From Anaerolineae bacterium (GTDB lineage: Bacteria > Chloroflexota > Anaerolineae > B4-G1 > DUEL01): a stretch of 42,855 bases of DNA. Positions 8,528 through 17,085 of this stretch are shown here, piece after piece. The stretch's first letter is position 1. The number at the start of each line of letters is the position of its first letter. A program made the position numbers and the translations under genes. Location: contig DAOTWL010000188.1 in the NCBI GenBank assembly GCA_034435875.1, positions 1-42,855 on the forward strand, in the 5' to 3' direction. The notes under the pieces are model-generated. The model had not been told where the DNA came from. It searched no databases and was given only the letters and a program-made list of their open reading frames with translations.

Positions 8528-8800
8528 TCAGGACTTGCTCGTCATCTGTTGGAAAAATCGCATCAGCCGCGCCTTGCGGCGGGCGGCGTTGTTCTTGTGG
8601 ATGATGCCCTTCTCGGCCGCCTTGTCCAGCGCGCTGTATGCCCGGCGGATTGCCTCCTGAGCCTCCTCCGGCCGACCGGAGAGGATAGCCAAGCGGGCCT
8701 TTTTGACCATCGTCCGAGCGCGGGTGCGGAACATCTGGTTGCGCAGCCGCCGACGCTCGTTTTTGCGGATATTTTTGATCGCCGACTTCGTGTTTGCCAA
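8528..8800 (-). CDS. rpsT: 30S ribosomal protein S20
   Basis: [35 protein letters not shown]...[13 protein letters not shown] is unmistakable S20. Confidence 0.95.
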   Translation of the reverse strand: MANTKSAIKNIRKNERRRLRNQMFRTRARTMVKKARLAILSGRPEEAQEAIRRAYSALDKAAEKGIIHKNNAARRKARLMRFFQQMTSKS

Positions 8801-8830
8801 CGCTTCCCTCCAGGATTCAGATGCGGGGAT

Positions 8831-8859
8831 ATTTTACCGCAATTCGCCGGATTTGTCCA
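8831..8859 (-). promoter_or_regulatory. candidate rpsT promoter, TGGACA-17 nt-TAAAAT
   Basis: On the minus strand, TGGACA (8854-8859), a 17-nt spacer and TAAAAT (8831-8836), about 30 nt upstream of ATG 8800. Confidence 0.45.
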
Positions 8860-8865
8860 GCGCGT

Positions 8866-9022
8866 CCTCACCCCTCCCCCAGCAGCTCCGCCGCAGTGAA
8901 AAATATTTTTTGTTCTTCTGGCCGGACAGAAGGCCGTTTCCGGCGATTTTCTACCCGCCTCCCCCGAAAAAGCCAAACTTCAGGGAGGGGGTGCCGCCGA
9001 AGGCGGCGGGAGTGGGGGGGAG
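8866..9022. repeat. family A GC-rich palindromic MITE/REP-like element (long variant)
   Basis: It starts with CCTCACCCCTCCCCC and ends with GGGAGTGGGGGGGAGG. It contains the GCCGCCGAAGGCGGC hairpin and the segments GCCGCAGTGAAAAATATTTT and AAAAGCCAAACTTCAGGGAGGGG, which are shared with the 17086-17345 copy. Confidence 0.6.
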
Positions 9023-9042
9023 GAACCCCAGCGCCCGGCCCG

Positions 9043-9801
9043 TCAGTTGATCGCCGCCCGGCGCAACAGGGAGATCACCAACGGGCGCGCCGGGTGCTCC
9101 ACCCGCTCCAGTTCAGCAATGACCCCTTCCACGTCGTAGGCCACCCGCCGCAGGGTGACAGTGCACTCCGGGCCGTGGAAGTCCAGCAGGACATATCCGG
9201 CGCGGGGGTCGCCGTCCAGCGGCAGGCCGACGCTCCCCCCGTTGACCAGCCGCACCCCGCCCACCTCCCGGTCCAGCGGGCGATGGGTATGCCCGTAGAC
9301 CATCAGGCGCGCCTCCAGGCTGGAGAGGTGGGGGAGGATCTGCTCCTCCGGCGTGTCGGGGAAGATGTTGGTCTCGTCGTCGCCGGGGACGGCGTGGACC
9401 GCCACAACGCGGCCGTAGCCGGGGATGTCCATCTCCAGCCGGGTCGGCAGGTCGCGCAGGAAGAGGTAATCCTCCCAGGTCAGCTGCCCCACCGTCCAGC
9501 GGAACAGCGCGTCCCGCATCTCCAGAAAGCCGGGCATGCGCGCCCAGTCCTCCGGGGAGCGCACGGGCGCCACCGGACGGCGCCCGGTGACCAGGTAGCG
9601 GTCGGTGTTCCCCTGGAGGAAGGAGACATTGGGGAGCGCGCGCAAGCGGGCCAGAGTCTCCCCGGGCCAGGGGCAGAAGGCGACCAGGTCGCCCAGTACC
9701 CAGTAGAAGTCCGGCCGGCCCTGGCGCTCCGCGTCGGCCAGGACCGCCTCCAGCGCGGGCAGGTTGCCGTGGATGTCGGAAAGGACGGCCAATCGGGTCA
9801 T
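9043..9801 (-). CDS. metallophosphoesterase family protein
   Basis: MTRLAVLSDIHGNLPALEAVL...VLGDLV...GNTD...VYGHTHRP...NGGSVG are the canonical calcineurin-like phosphoesterase motifs. ATG 9801 has SD GGAGG, inside ORF 9043..9960. Confidence 0.85.
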   Translation of the reverse strand: MTRLAVLSDIHGNLPALEAVLADAERQGRPDFYWVLGDLVAFCPWPGETLARLRALPNVSFLQGNTDRYLVTGRRPVAPVRSPEDWARMPGFLEMRDALFRWTVGQLTWEDYLFLRDLPTRLEMDIPGYGRVVAVHAVPGDDETNIFPDTPEEQILPHLSSLEARLMVYGHTHRPLDREVGGVRLVNGGSVGLPLDGDPRAGYVLLDFHGPECTVTLRRVAYDVEGVIAELERVEHPARPLVISLLRRAAIN

Positions 9802-9814
9802 AGAAACCTCCTGT

Positions 9815-10342
9815 TCAGGAAACCATGCCCCCGGAGGGAGATTTCTCCCCGGCGAACCGGCGTCCCCGGGGGAAGAGAATCGCCCACACGATGACCAGGA
9901 ACAGCCCGGAGAGCAGCAGGTCTCGCAGACGGGTCTGGCGGGCGTAGTCGGACGCGTCAAAGAGCAGGTGGTTCAGCCAGACGTGGGCCTGGTAAAGCGT
10001 CGCGGCGGCCAGGGTGGCCCGGCGGCTCCAGGGACGCCGCAGGTAGAGGCCCACCGCGCAGGCCGTCAGCGCGATCCCCCAGAACATCCCCACCCCCGCC
10101 AGATAGGCCCAGGGGACGGTCAACGGGAGGTCGGGGAGAATCCGTGCATAGTGGAGAGCCATCCCGGCCCGCCCCAGGTTGCCCAGGCCCACCAGTCCGA
10201 CCAGTAGGACGCCGATCAGCGCCGATAAACGCGGATATTTTTCCCCGGACGTCTGCGCTTGTTCGCGCTTGTCCGCGCTCGTCCGCGTCCTGTTGGAAAA
10301 GGCGAGGAAAGCCATCCACCAGCGGGAGAGACGGGCTTTCAT
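9815..10342 (-). CDS. hypothetical polytopic membrane protein
   Basis: ORF 9815..10417. ATG 10342 (MKARLSRWWMAF...) forms an ATGA overlap with the upstream deacetylase stop. About four hydrophobic segments. Confidence 0.55.
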   Translation of the reverse strand: MKARLSRWWMAFLAFSNRTRTSADKREQAQTSGEKYPRLSALIGVLLVGLVGLGNLGRAGMALHYARILPDLPLTVPWAYLAGVGMFWGIALTACAVGLYLRRPWSRRATLAAATLYQAHVWLNHLLFDASDYARQTRLRDLLLSGLFLVIVWAILFPRGRRFAGEKSPSGGMVS

Positions 10343-11217
10343 TGGACCCTTCCCAGGTCTGGGAGGCACAAAGGAGTTCCCGCGCCGCGCCAGGGGAGCC
10401 GGCCCACAAACCCCCACAACGGCTGGAGGCCGCTGACCTCCGTCCGCCGGAGATAATAGCGGCGCTCCGGCCGCTGGACGGGAGTCCCCCCTCCGCCTGC
10501 GGCGACCCGATAGCCGGCCCGCTCCAGCAGCGCCGGTAACCCTTTCCTGTAAGCGTTATAGGGATAGGCGAAACTGACAGCCGAAACCCCCAGCTTCTCC
10601 TCCAGAACCTCCCGGGAGCCGGCGATCTCTCGCCATGCCTCCCGGTCGTCTGCATCGGCCAGGTTGACATGTTTGCGACCGTGGGACGCGATCTCCATCC
10701 CGGCGTCCCGCAGTTCGGCCAGCTCCTCCCAGGTCATAAAGCGCGGGTAGCCGATATACGCTGTTATGATGAAAAACGTGGCCCGCATCCCGTACCGCTG
10801 GAGGATGGGAAAGGCGACGTCGTACTGTTCCCGCCAACCGTCATCAAAGGTCAGGGCGACGGGACGGTCGGGCAGGGTCATCTGGCCATCCAGCGCGGCC
10901 GCAATCTCGCCGACGGTCACCGGATGGTAGCCCAGTTGGTGCAGGAGCAACAGTTGGGCCTCCAAATCCGCCGCCGTCACGTTGAAGCGGGAGACGGAGC
11001 GCCCATCCCGCTCCAGCGTCTCCCGACCGACGAAGTGGTACATCAGAATGGGGATCAGGACCTCCCCCTCCTTCAGGTTGTAGACGGGGTCCGGGGCACA
11101 GAGGTGCCGGTTAAGGAGCGGGTCGGGTGGGGGTTCTCCCGGCGCGACACCGCCGACCCCCGTCGTGAGAAGGAAGACGAGGGGAAACAGGACGAAGAGC
11201 ACGGATAGAGGGCGCAT
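10339..11217 (-). CDS. polysaccharide deacetylase family protein (secreted)
   Basis: A signal peptide MRPLSVLFVLFPLVFLL is followed by LTFDDGWREQYDVAFPILQRYGMRATFFI...EIASHGRKH, the NodB-homology motifs. ATG 11217 has SD AGGTGA. Confidence 0.85.
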   Translation of the reverse strand: MRPLSVLFVLFPLVFLLTTGVGGVAPGEPPPDPLLNRHLCAPDPVYNLKEGEVLIPILMYHFVGRETLERDGRSVSRFNVTAADLEAQLLLLHQLGYHPVTVGEIAAALDGQMTLPDRPVALTFDDGWREQYDVAFPILQRYGMRATFFIITAYIGYPRFMTWEELAELRDAGMEIASHGRKHVNLADADDREAWREIAGSREVLEEKLGVSAVSFAYPYNAYRKGLPALLERAGYRVAAGGGGTPVQRPERRYYLRRTEVSGLQPLWGFVGRLPWRGAGTPLCLPDLGRVQ

Positions 11218-11245
11218 ATCTTTCACCTCGGGGGCCGTCGCCCGA

Positions 11246-12361
11246 TCAGTTGCTGTCACGCGAACGGGGTCTTCTCCTCGTCTGGACAAAGCGGACCAGG
11301 AAGTCGGCCTCCTCATATTCCCGGTCCGCCGGCCTGTACCATTCAAACGCCAGTTCCAGGGGACGGCCGTCTTCCCCTTGACCCCGCACATAGAGGTAGC
11401 GGCGGTCCTTCAGATACGGCCCTCCCGCCGGGGTTGCGGCTCCCAGAGCAGAGGCCAGGGCCCCCTTCAGGATGTGCCCGACGATGAACGGCTTCCAGTC
11501 CGGGCGCGGCAAAGAGACCTCCACGCGGATGTGACCCAGGGGCATGATACACCACCCATCGGGCCGGCCGTCCAGTTTGCTGCGCAGCGAAGGGTAGAGC
11601 CAGGCAAGCAGATAATCCGGTGTTAATTGTACATCCCCCAGGGAACTCACCGCCTGGGCGTTCAGGCTTTCCACGAAGGCCTGCTCCTCCGGCGTGGCGG
11701 CCGCCCGGTCTATGATACGGATGTGCCGGAAGGCCGGCCGGGAACGGTGGTGCCAGGGGAATTTCTGATAGAGGCGGAAGTACTCGTTCCCCTCGCGGTT
11801 GCGCCACAAGCACTCCAGAAGGTCCTGGAAGAAACGGACCGCCGCCGGGTCCTCTACGGAGAGAACGAAGCCCCACGTCCCTTCTTTGGGGAGGAGGGCC
11901 ACTTCGTCCACGAAGTACGCTTCCGGAAAGACGGCCAGCACGTCCTCCCGGCGGGCGCCGGGCAGGTGGATTTCCTGCACGCTGGGATAGAGGGTGATCC
12001 TGGCGTTGGGCCGGGATAAGCCGCTGGTACCGGCCGCGATTTTGGCCCTGTGCGGTTGCGTGAAATCCACCTCATGCCAGCGGCGGCCCGTGCGCCAGCG
12101 AAGACGGTCGCCCTCCAGCACCAGTTCGCCCCGCCCCCGCTCGGCCAGGCGCATGAGGAGCGGGTAGGTCACCACAGCGACGGCCAGCCCGGGGATAAAC
12201 CCTCCGAGGCAGACCAACACCCCCAGCCAGCCGGGGACGTTCCAGCCCAGGAGGACCAGGATGCCCAGGTATAGCCCTCCCCAGACCCCCAGGCAGATCA
12301 GGGTGGGCAGGACAACGGTGTACCAGCCGCTGGTGTACGGAATCTTCAGGTGATGCATCAT
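11246..12361 (-). CDS. hypothetical membrane protein (two or three N-terminal TM helices plus a cytoplasmic domain of about 280 aa)
   Basis: 371-aa ORF with high GC3 and SD GGAGGG. It is the first gene of a four-gene minus-strand operon. The segment after the TM helices (GELVLEGDRLRWRTGRRWHEVDF) may be bPH-like, with low confidence. No family recognised. Confidence 0.65.
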   Translation of the reverse strand: MMHHLKIPYTSGWYTVVLPTLICLGVWGGLYLGILVLLGWNVPGWLGVLVCLGGFIPGLAVAVVTYPLLMRLAERGRGELVLEGDRLRWRTGRRWHEVDFTQPHRAKIAAGTSGLSRPNARITLYPSVQEIHLPGARREDVLAVFPEAYFVDEVALLPKEGTWGFVLSVEDPAAVRFFQDLLECLWRNREGNEYFRLYQKFPWHHRSRPAFRHIRIIDRAAATPEEQAFVESLNAQAVSSLGDVQLTPDYLLAWLYPSLRSKLDGRPDGWCIMPLGHIRVEVSLPRPDWKPFIVGHILKGALASALGAATPAGGPYLKDRRYLYVRGQGEDGRPLELAFEWYRPADREYEEADFLVRFVQTRRRPRSRDSN

Positions 12362-12424
12362 AACCCTCCACGCCAGGGGCTCAAAGTCCCTGGCTCAAAT
12401 GCGAAGCCCTCTTCGGAGGCTCTC

Positions 12425-12605
12425 AGAGCTTGTCTGAAAAATTGGGAAGGGGATAAAGATGTTCGTAGTCAGCCACGAAGCGAAGCGGAGTGGCGTTTCA
12501 GTGGGCCAAAACGGCACTCCCCTTCGTTCCGTGCCTTACTACGAACAAAACGGCACTCCCCTTCGTTCCGTGCCTGACTACGAGCGACTTTTCAGACTGG
12601 CTCTC
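12425..12605. repeat. family B hairpin element (inverted relative to 5660-5915)
   Basis: TCTGAAAAA...GTTCGTAGTCAGCCACGAAGCGAAGCGGAGTGGCG... is followed by two tandem copies of CGGCACTCCCCTTCGTTCCGTGCCTTACTACGAAC and ends in ...TTTTCAGAC. Confidence 0.6.
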
Positions 12606-12615
12606 AGATAGCCTG

Positions 12616-14226
12616 TCAGGGCCACGGTCCGAGCCCTCTGCAAGCAGTTGTCCATTCTCCCCCCACCATCGTCCACAGCACCCGCGTCTGGGGGATGAGG
12701 GACGGGTCGGCGGCGAAAATGTCCCGGTCCAGCACCACCAGGTCGGCCCATTTGCCGGGGGCCAGGGTGCCCAGGCGGGAATCCAGCCCGGCCGCATAGG
12801 CCGCGCCCCAGGTATAGGCCCGGACGGCCTCCTCCACGGTGATCCGCTGGGCCGGAATCCATCCCTCCGGCCCGCCGTACCCGTCCAGGCGGGCGCGGGT
12901 GACCGCCGCGTGGATGCCCAGGAAGGGGTTGGGGCTCTCCACGGGGCAATCGGAGCCGAAGGCCAGGACGGTCCCGGCGTCCAGGAGGGAGCGCCAGGCG
13001 TAGGCGGTGGCGCAACGGGCGGGGCCCCAGTACCGGTCCGCCATCGGCGCGTCCTGGACGGCGTGGATGGGCTGCATAGAGGCGACAATGCCCAGCGCGG
13101 CCAGCCGGCCCACGTCCTCCGGGTGGAGCAACTGGACGTGCTCTATGCGGTGACGGAGACGGACGCGGTTCTCCGGCGGCAGGGCCTCCAGGGCGTCCAG
13201 CACCAGCCGGTTGGCCCGGTCGCCGATGGCGTGGACCGCCAGCGCCAGCCCGCCCTCCGCTGCCCGCCGGATGGTCTCCCGCAGCGCCTCCGGCTCCATA
13301 GTCAGGATGCCCCGGTTGTCGGGTTCGCCGACGTACGGCTCCAGCATGGCCGCCGTGCGGGGGCCCAGCGCGCCGTCGGCGAAGAGTTTGACGCCGCCGA
13401 TGCGCAGGAAGTCGTCCCCCAGACCCGAGCGAAGATGGAGCGCCAGCGCGTGCTCCAGCGCCTCCAGCGGCAGGTAGAAGACGATGCGCAGGGGGAGCGG
13501 GTCCCCGTCCTCCCGGAGCCGCTGATACGCCTCCAGTGCGGTCAGGTCGCCCATGTCGTGGACGGCGGTGAGGCCCAGGCGGGCCAGGTGCTCCAGCGCG
13601 GGCGGGAGCACCCGCGCCAGTGCTGTCGCGTCGGGGCGGGGGATGGCCTCCTGGACCAGCCGCATCGCCTCTTCCAGGAAGAGGCCGGTGGGGCGGCCCG
13701 ACTCGTCCCGGACGATTTGCCCGCCGGGCGGGTCGGGAGTATCGGCGGTGATGCCGGCCCGTTCCATCGCGCGGGTGCTGGCGACCAGCGCGTGCCCGCT
13801 CCGGGCCACCAGCAAGACGGGGTGGTCCGGCGCGACAGCGTCCAGGTCGGCGGCGGTGGGGAAGCGGCGGTCGGGCCATTCTTCCTGATGCCACCCCCGA
13901 CCCAGGATCCACTCCCCCGCCGGGGTGGCGGCGGCCCGCGCGGCCACCCGCGCCAGCATCTCCTCCCGGGTGGCCGTCCCGGTCAGGTCCAACTGCTGCA
14001 GCCCCAGGGCGAACCAGGAGAGGTGGATGTGGCTATCGGTCAGGCCCGGCAGGACCGTCCGCCCTTCCAGGTCCACCACCTCCGTCCCCGGGCCGGCCAG
14101 CGCGCGCAGGTCGTCCCCGCCCACAGCCCGGACCCGCCCCCCACAGACCGCCAGCGCGCTGGCCCGGGGATGCTGCGGGTCCATCGTGTAGATGCGCCCG
14201 TTCAGAAGGAGTAAATCAGCGTTCAT
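12616..14226 (-). CDS. amidohydrolase family protein (YtcJ-like, amidohydrolase 3)
   Basis: LLLNGRIYTMDP...VLPGLTDSHIHL...GGVKLFADGALG...HAIGD...IASMQP is typical of YtcJ-type metal-dependent hydrolases. I prefer ATG 14226 (SD GGAGAT); the alternative is 14244. Confidence 0.85.
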   Translation of the reverse strand: MNADLLLLNGRIYTMDPQHPRASALAVCGGRVRAVGGDDLRALAGPGTEVVDLEGRTVLPGLTDSHIHLSWFALGLQQLDLTGTATREEMLARVAARAAATPAGEWILGRGWHQEEWPDRRFPTAADLDAVAPDHPVLLVARSGHALVASTRAMERAGITADTPDPPGGQIVRDESGRPTGLFLEEAMRLVQEAIPRPDATALARVLPPALEHLARLGLTAVHDMGDLTALEAYQRLREDGDPLPLRIVFYLPLEALEHALALHLRSGLGDDFLRIGGVKLFADGALGPRTAAMLEPYVGEPDNRGILTMEPEALRETIRRAAEGGLALAVHAIGDRANRLVLDALEALPPENRVRLRHRIEHVQLLHPEDVGRLAALGIVASMQPIHAVQDAPMADRYWGPARCATAYAWRSLLDAGTVLAFGSDCPVESPNPFLGIHAAVTRARLDGYGGPEGWIPAQRITVEEAVRAYTWGAAYAAGLDSRLGTLAPGKWADLVVLDRDIFAADPSLIPQTRVLWTMVGGEWTTACRGLGPWP

Positions 14227-14249
14227 ATCTCCATTTTCAGCCACGAAAA

Positions 14250-14276
14250 ATTCGTGAAATTCGTGCCATTCGTGGC
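14250..14276. repeat. 3 x 9-bp tandem repeat ATTCGTGNN in a divergent intergenic region
   Basis: ATTCGTGAA, ATTCGTGCC and ATTCGTGGC follow one another, preceded by the inverted CACGAA at 14242-14247. Confidence 0.7.
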
Positions 14277-14363
14277 GAAAAAACCCTTATTCGCTGGGGT
14301 GCTACCGCGCCATCCCGACCTGGTGTATAATTATACCCACCTTCTTCTGGAGGAAAAATCGCC

Positions 14364-15767
14364 ATGCGCCTGCTCATCCGCCAGGTCGCCGCCATCCCGC
14401 TGGACGGGGAAAAAGACATGCTCCCCGAAGGGGACATCGCCATAGAGGACGGGCGAATCCGGGCCGTCGGGACGGTCCCGCCCGATTTCGTCCCCGAACA
14501 GACGATAGACGGGCGGGAGTTCCTGGCCCTGCCGGCCTTCTTCAACGCCCACACCCACGCCGCGATGACCCTGGAGCGGGGCTGGGCGGAAGACCTCCCC
14601 TTTGACCGCTGGCTGAACGAGAAAATCTGGGTGGCCGAGTCGGCCCTGGAGGAAGAGGACGTCTACTGGGGCGCGGCGCTGGCCTGCTGCGAGATGATCC
14701 GCTCCGGCGTCGTCGGCTTTGCCGACCACTACTTCTGGATGCACCAGGTCGCCCGCGCGGTTCTGGAGGCCGGGATGAAAGCCCACCTGGCCTGGTGCCA
14801 GTTCGGCATCGGCGCCGAGCACGAGGTGGGCGGCGCCACGCTGGAGGACACCGTCGCCTTTATCCGGGAGTGGCACGGCGCGGCGGAGGGCCGCATCCGC
14901 TGCGCGCTGGGGCCCCATTCCCCCTACATGTGCCCGCCGGAGTTCCTGCGCCGGGTCGTGGAGGAGGCGGAGCGGCTGGGGGTGGGCATCCACCTCCACG
15001 TGGCCGAATCGGAGGAACAGGTCGCCAACTCGCTCCGGGCCTACGGCCGGACCCCGGTGGCCCATCTGGCCCACCTGGGCGTCTTGGACCACCCCACCAT
15101 CGCCGCCCACTGCATCGCCGTCACCGATGAGGACCTGGACATCCTGGCCCGGAAGGGCGTCTGGGTGGCCCATACCCCCAAGACCTACATGAAACTGGCC
15201 ATGGGGATGGCCCCGCTGGACCGCTTCCTGGCGGCGGGGGTCCGGGTGGCGCTGGGGACGGACGGGCCGGCCTCCAACAACGACCTGAACATGCTGGAGG
15301 TCCTGCGCATCACGGGGCTGGTGCACAAAAACCGCGTCGGCGACCCGGCGGCGTTTCCGCACGACCTGCTCCTGCGGCTGGCGACGCAGGAGGTATGGGG
15401 GCCTCACCCCTCCCCCAGCGGCTTCGCCGCTACCCCCTCCCCTCTCCTGACCTTCGGTCAGGAGAGGGGAGGGGGTGCCGCCGAAGGCGGCGGGGGTGGG
15501 GTGAGGTTGCGGCCCGGCGCCCCCGCCGACCTGATCCTGATGGACACCCGGGGCGTCCATTGGGCCCCGCGCCACGACCTGGCCGCCAACGTCGTCTACG
15601 CCAGCCACCCCACCGACATCCGCTACGTCTTCTGCGACGGGCGGCCCCTCCTGTGGGACGGCGAACTGGTGACGCTGGACGAGGAGCGCATCCGCTACGA
15701 GGCGGAGCGGCGGGCCTTCCGCATGGTTGGCACCCCCATGCGGCAGGTGCGGAGATACACAGGATAG
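14364..15767 (+). CDS. mtaD: 5-methylthioadenosine/S-adenosylhomocysteine deaminase-like amidohydrolase, carrying a 35-codon repeat-derived insert
   Basis: FFNAHTHAAMTLERGWAEDLPFDRWLNEKIW...FADHYF...HVAESEEQV...AHC...GTDGPASNNDLNMLE...ADLILMD match MtaD/TrzA-type deaminases. SD GGAGGA upstream. Confidence 0.8.
   Translation: MRLLIRQVAAIPLDGEKDMLPEGDIAIEDGRIRAVGTVPPDFVPEQTIDGREFLALPAFFNAHTHAAMTLERGWAEDLPFDRWLNEKIWVAESALEEEDVYWGAALACCEMIRSGVVGFADHYFWMHQVARAVLEAGMKAHLAWCQFGIGAEHEVGGATLEDTVAFIREWHGAAEGRIRCALGPHSPYMCPPEFLRRVVEEAERLGVGIHLHVAESEEQVANSLRAYGRTPVAHLAHLGVLDHPTIAAHCIAVTDEDLDILARKGVWVAHTPKTYMKLAMGMAPLDRFLAAGVRVALGTDGPASNNDLNMLEVLRITGLVHKNRVGDPAAFPHDLLLRLATQEVWGPHPSPSGFAATPSPLLTFGQERGGGAAEGGGGGVRLRPGAPADLILMDTRGVHWAPRHDLAANVVYASHPTDIRYVFCDGRPLLWDGELVTLDEERIRYEAERRAFRMVGTPMRQVRRYTG
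15402..15506. repeat. family A palindromic element (105 nt) inside the mtaD-like CDS, in frame
   Basis: CCTCACCCCTCCCCC-AGCGGCTTCGCCGCT-ACCCCCTCCCCTCTCCTGACC-TTCG-GGTCAGGAGAGGGGAGGGGGT-GCCGCCGAAGGCGGC-GGGGGTGGGGTGAGG. Its reverse complement differs from the 34592-34696 copy at 3 of 105 positions by my manual alignment. Confidence 0.8.
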
Positions 15768-15780
15768 ACGGAGGCATCGG

Positions 15781-17067
15781 ATGAACTTCATCAGTGCCCT
15801 TCGCTGCACCATCTGCGGCGCCGGGTACGGCCCGGATGAATGGGACTACGTCTGCCCGCATCACGGGAATGACGGCATCTTGGATGTGGTCTACGACTAC
15901 GACCGCATCCGGCGGGAGGTCTCGCCCCGGGAGTTGACCGCCAGTCCGGAGCATTCCATCTGGCGCTACATGCCCCTCCTGCCGGTGGACCCGGAGGTGG
16001 CCCGGCGGCTGGCGGAGGGGACGGTGCTGGGAAGCGTCGGCGGGACGCCCCTCTATCCGGCCCCCCGCCTGGCCCAGGCGCTGGGGCTCCGGCATCTCTG
16101 GGTCAAGGACGATAGCCGCCAGCCCACCGCGTCGTTCAAGGACCGCGCCTCGGCCATAGCGGTCGTCCGGGCGCGGGAGCGCGGGGCGGAGGTGGTGACG
16201 ACGGCCAGTACGGGCAACGCCGCCGCTGCGCTGGCGGGACTCTGCGCCGCCGTCGGCCAGCGCACCGTCATCTTCGTCCCCCGGACCGCCCCCCCGGCCA
16301 AAGTGGCCCAACTCCTGGCCTTCGGCGCCACCGTCCTGCTGGTGGACGGCACCTACGACCAGGCCTTTGACCTCTGCCTGGAGGCATCGGCGGCCTTCGG
16401 CTGGTACAACCGCAACACCGCCTACAATCCCTACATGTCCGAGGGGAAGAAGACCGCCGCCTACGAAATCTGCGAGCAACTGGCCGCCCAGAGGGGGGAT
16501 TCGGCCCTCTTCCGGCCCCCGGACGTCATCCTCATCCCCGTTGGCGACGGGTGCATCATCGGCGGCATCCATAAGGGACTGCGGGACCTGGCCGCGCTGG
16601 GGTGGATAGAGCGGATGCCGCGCCTGATCGGAGTCCAGGCCGAGGGCTCCTCCCCGCTGGTGGACGCCTGGGAGCGGGGGCTGGAGGGCTGGGAGATGAT
16701 GCCCGTGGAGGCCCACTCGGTGGCCGATAGCATCGTCGCCGGACTCCCCCGCGACCGCATCAAGGCGCTGCGCGCGGTGCGGGAGACGGGCGGCGCCTTC
16801 CTCCGCGTGAGCGACGAGGAGATTCTGGCCGCCATCCCCGCGCTGGCCCGGGGGTGTGGGGTCTTCGCGGAACCGGCGGCGGCGGCGGCCTACGCCGGTC
16901 TGATAAAGGCCGTGGAGCGGGGACTGGTGGGGGCGGAGGATGAGGTCGTCGTCCTGGCTACCGGCTCCGGCCTGAAGGACGTCGCCAGCGTGATGAAGGC
17001 GACGGGCCAGCCCCTCACCGTCGCCCCCAATCTGGAGGACGTCCGGCGGGCAATGGCCCAAATGTAG
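15781..17067 (+). CDS. thrC: threonine synthase (PLP-dependent, with an N-terminal Cys-rich zinc-ribbon-like segment)
   Basis: CTICGAGYGPDEWDYVCPHHG...PTASFKDRASAIAVVRARERGAEVVTTASTGNAAAALA is the PALP fold with the SFKDR lysine motif. ATG 15781 has SD GGAGG. Confidence 0.8.
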   Translation: MNFISALRCTICGAGYGPDEWDYVCPHHGNDGILDVVYDYDRIRREVSPRELTASPEHSIWRYMPLLPVDPEVARRLAEGTVLGSVGGTPLYPAPRLAQALGLRHLWVKDDSRQPTASFKDRASAIAVVRARERGAEVVTTASTGNAAAALAGLCAAVGQRTVIFVPRTAPPAKVAQLLAFGATVLLVDGTYDQAFDLCLEASAAFGWYNRNTAYNPYMSEGKKTAAYEICEQLAAQRGDSALFRPPDVILIPVGDGCIIGGIHKGLRDLAALGWIERMPRLIGVQAEGSSPLVDAWERGLEGWEMMPVEAHSVADSIVAGLPRDRIKALRAVRETGGAFLRVSDEEILAAIPALARGCGVFAEPAAAAAYAGLIKAVERGLVGAEDEVVVLATGSGLKDVASVMKATGQPLTVAPNLEDVRRAMAQM

Positions 17068-17085
17068 CGCAGGCCGCCCGGCCTG

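Noticed and set aside
8460-8899. Continuation of ORF 7757..8899 beyond 8300.
   Set aside because: It reads through a terminator hairpin and antisense across rpsT with junk composition. A frameshift to the frame ending at 8459 explains it better.
12616-17067. Two amidohydrolases plus threonine synthase as a novel pathway cluster. The wider nucleobase theme (adenine deaminase, adenosine-kinase family protein, DUF523) was considered with it.
   Set aside because: The genes are in different transcription units and are scattered across the window. Each is a common housekeeping or salvage function. There is no specific evidence for a dedicated system.
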